Assembly: GCA_017449285.1 (NCBI GenBank)
Contig: JAFSJX010000105.1
Location: forward strand, 112,687 to 176,686
Direction of reading: 5' to 3'
Length of the DNA: 64,000 bases
From: Treponema sp.
GTDB lineage: Bacteria > Spirochaetota > Spirochaetia > Treponematales > Treponemataceae
The notes under the pieces were generated by a model that worked only from the letters and a program-made list of their open reading frames with translations, did no database searches and was not told where the DNA came from. A program made the position numbers and the translations under genes. Of this stretch, positions 62,534-64,000 are shown piece by piece. The number at the start of each line of letters is the position of its first letter. The stretch's first letter is position 1.

Positions 62534-63730
62534 TTACACAGTACCGATTACACCGCGTTCGTTGGTAAACATAATCAGCGAAAACGAATACGCTCCGTTC
62601 ACGCGGCGGGCGACATGCTTTTTCGCCGCATCCATAAGCGTTTGCATCGTTTTTTCCGTGAGCGCAATTTCGTCCAGAACCGTAAGCGCGGCATCCACCG
62701 TGGCACAGTCCATTATCCGTACCAGAATCGGCTTTTCTGCCCCGCACAAGGCCGCGTACGCTGAAATCAGTTCCATGCGGCAGTCCGCAACGCGCGAATG
62801 GGTATTCATGATGCCGCCCGCAAGCTTGACGAATTTGCCTGCGTGTCCTACCAGCGTCACATGCGTAAAACCATAGGCAGCGGCAAGGTCAAGCGCGTTT
62901 CCGATAAAATTGGCGCATTTTAGCACCGGGATTTTTTCCAGTTCAGGATAACGAGTGACAAAATCCTTGCCGTAGTTCCCCGGCGTAATCACCAGTGGGC
63001 GGGAAGTTTTTTCCGCATACGAAGCGGCAATCACGCGAATTTCTGCTTCAAGTGCATCGAGAAGAGCCTGCTCGCTCATCGGCTCCACCACACCGCTCGT
63101 TCCGATGACGGAAATGCCGCCCTCAATGCCCAACTGCGGGTTAAAGGTCTGGTTTGCAAGTCGCTCGCCTTCGGGAATGTCAATCGTAATGCGCGCCTCG
63201 CCTAAAAAGCCGTACATTTCACACACGTCGCGCACGGCGGCGGCTATCATCTGCCGGGGAACACGGTTTATCGCAGCCTCGCCAATTGGCTGGTCAAGTC
63301 CCGCCTTGGTCACGCGTCCCACGCCTTTTCCGCCGTCAATCGTCACGCAAACGCCCGCCGCATCGGGAGTGTCTGTAGCCGTAGTAACAGCCGCACCCAC
63401 GTCAATCCGTTCGGCGGGAATCAGTTCCGCCGTGGCAAACACATGGCAACCGTCCGTCACGTCGGGGTCATCACCCGCGTCTTTTTGAATGCCACAGCGA
63501 AATACACCTCCATTCTGCGCAGGGGGAACACCATTTTCCGCAATGACCTTTGCCCGCACAAGCCAGCCTTTTGGCGTACGGAGCGAAACGGTCTTTGGCA
63601 TATACCCCGAAAGAAGCGACTCCACGGCTGCCTGACTTGCTAACGCCGCACATGTTCCCGTCGTAAAACCACAGCGCAGTTTTTTTGTGCCAGAGAAAAT
63701 GTACTGTTCGTTCGCAAGTGTTTCAGCCAT
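62534..63730 (-). CDS. cbiD: Cobalt-precorrin-5B C1-methyltransferase
   Basis: CbiD-like blocks (LRCGFTTGTCAA, GGISVIGTSGVVEPMS). The start overlaps the cbiK stop (TAATG). Confidence 0.8.
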   Translation of the reverse strand: MAETLANEQYIFSGTKKLRCGFTTGTCAALASQAAVESLLSGYMPKTVSLRTPKGWLVRAKVIAENGVPPAQNGGVFRCGIQKDAGDDPDVTDGCHVFATAELIPAERIDVGAAVTTATDTPDAAGVCVTIDGGKGVGRVTKAGLDQPIGEAAINRVPRQMIAAAVRDVCEMYGFLGEARITIDIPEGERLANQTFNPQLGIEGGISVIGTSGVVEPMSEQALLDALEAEIRVIAASYAEKTSRPLVITPGNYGKDFVTRYPELEKIPVLKCANFIGNALDLAAAYGFTHVTLVGHAGKFVKLAGGIMNTHSRVADCRMELISAYAALCGAEKPILVRIMDCATVDAALTVLDEIALTEKTMQTLMDAAKKHVARRVNGAYSFSLIMFTNERGVIGTV

Positions 63731-64000
63731 TATTTCGGGTCATGAACCTCTTTTTTTTCTACGCCCAGTGCTTTTGCCACGTGCTGAACATACAGGGCAC
63801 GGATTGCAGGATATTCGCCCAAGCCCTTGATGTTCGTGGTCACCTTAAAGCCGGCTTTGGTGAACTGGGTTTTCCAGCTGTCGTCATCATCGCCCGCCAT
63901 ATCGTTGTTCGCATGGTCACCGGCAACCAGCATGAGCGGAGAAAGCACCACGCTCTTGAATTTTCCCGCCTTGACCAGTTTAATCACGTCCTCACACGCA
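63730..64000 (-). CDS. cbiK: Sirohydrochlorin cobaltochelatase CbiK, C-terminal part (gene continues beyond the window)
   Basis: LMLVAGDHANNDMAGD...GLGEYPAIRALYVQHV is CbiK-like. The frame is open to the window edge. Confidence 0.7.
   Translation of the reverse strand, partial: ACEDVIKLVKAGKFKSVVLSPLMLVAGDHANNDMAGDDDDSWKTQFTKAGFKVTTNIKGLGEYPAIRALYVQHVAKALGVEKKEVHDPK

Overview
This 64-kb window looks like a chromosomal segment of a Treponema-like spirochaete. That assignment rests only on gene content and protein character, and I cannot verify it here.

Positions 1-13.75 kb hold the integrase-proximal part of a lambda-like prophage lying next to tRNA-Pro(GGG). On the minus strand the order is integrase, an AT-rich putative cos/packaging region, TerS-like, GpA-type TerL, a 5.7-kb accessory island, ClpP-like protease with nested scaffold, gpD-like decoration protein, gpE-like major capsid, and a small protein with an 18-bp coding tandem repeat.

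The accessory island sits where the lambda order predicts gpW and the portal. It contains HicAB, a plus-strand structural-like gene, a HigBA-like pair, and a tandem array of small Xre-HTH genes. Each HTH gene is divergently paired with operons of 25-49-aa membrane peptides. The supplied ORF track misses most of these peptides; I read them directly from the sequence. This array is my best candidate for an undescribed system.

Positions 13.9-64 kb are core chromosome:
- ankyrin-repeat lipoprotein, TrpR-like regulator, NhaC;
- a chemosensory operon (2 MCPs, CheW, CheW-like, CheB, CheR, CheA-REC) running without gaps into a REC-like class III nucleotidyl cyclase and then OppF, set among dispersed Opp genes (OppB, an OppC-OppD fusion, an M13 peptidase);
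- a beta-propeller sensor cyclase followed by an orphan UrtA-like binding protein;
- a MalT/LuxR-type regulator, an amino-acid ABC transporter, a PPTase, a hybrid histidine kinase, a TIGR02452/macro-like protein;
- AsnS, a 1986-aa alpha-2-macroglobulin lipoprotein, GAPDH, an HD hydrolase, ValS, CbiD and partial CbiK.

Recurrent sequence-level signals:
- about a dozen genes whose ATG lies 6-8 nt after a TATAAT-like box, which predicts leaderless mRNAs;
- a prophage-restricted hairpin family (ACTACT-N6-AGTAGT);
- a GC-rich dispersed repeat at Opp gene boundaries, translated in two of its three copies;
- a tandem duplication of the gap gene 3' end.

I saw no CRISPR array, rRNA or transposase.
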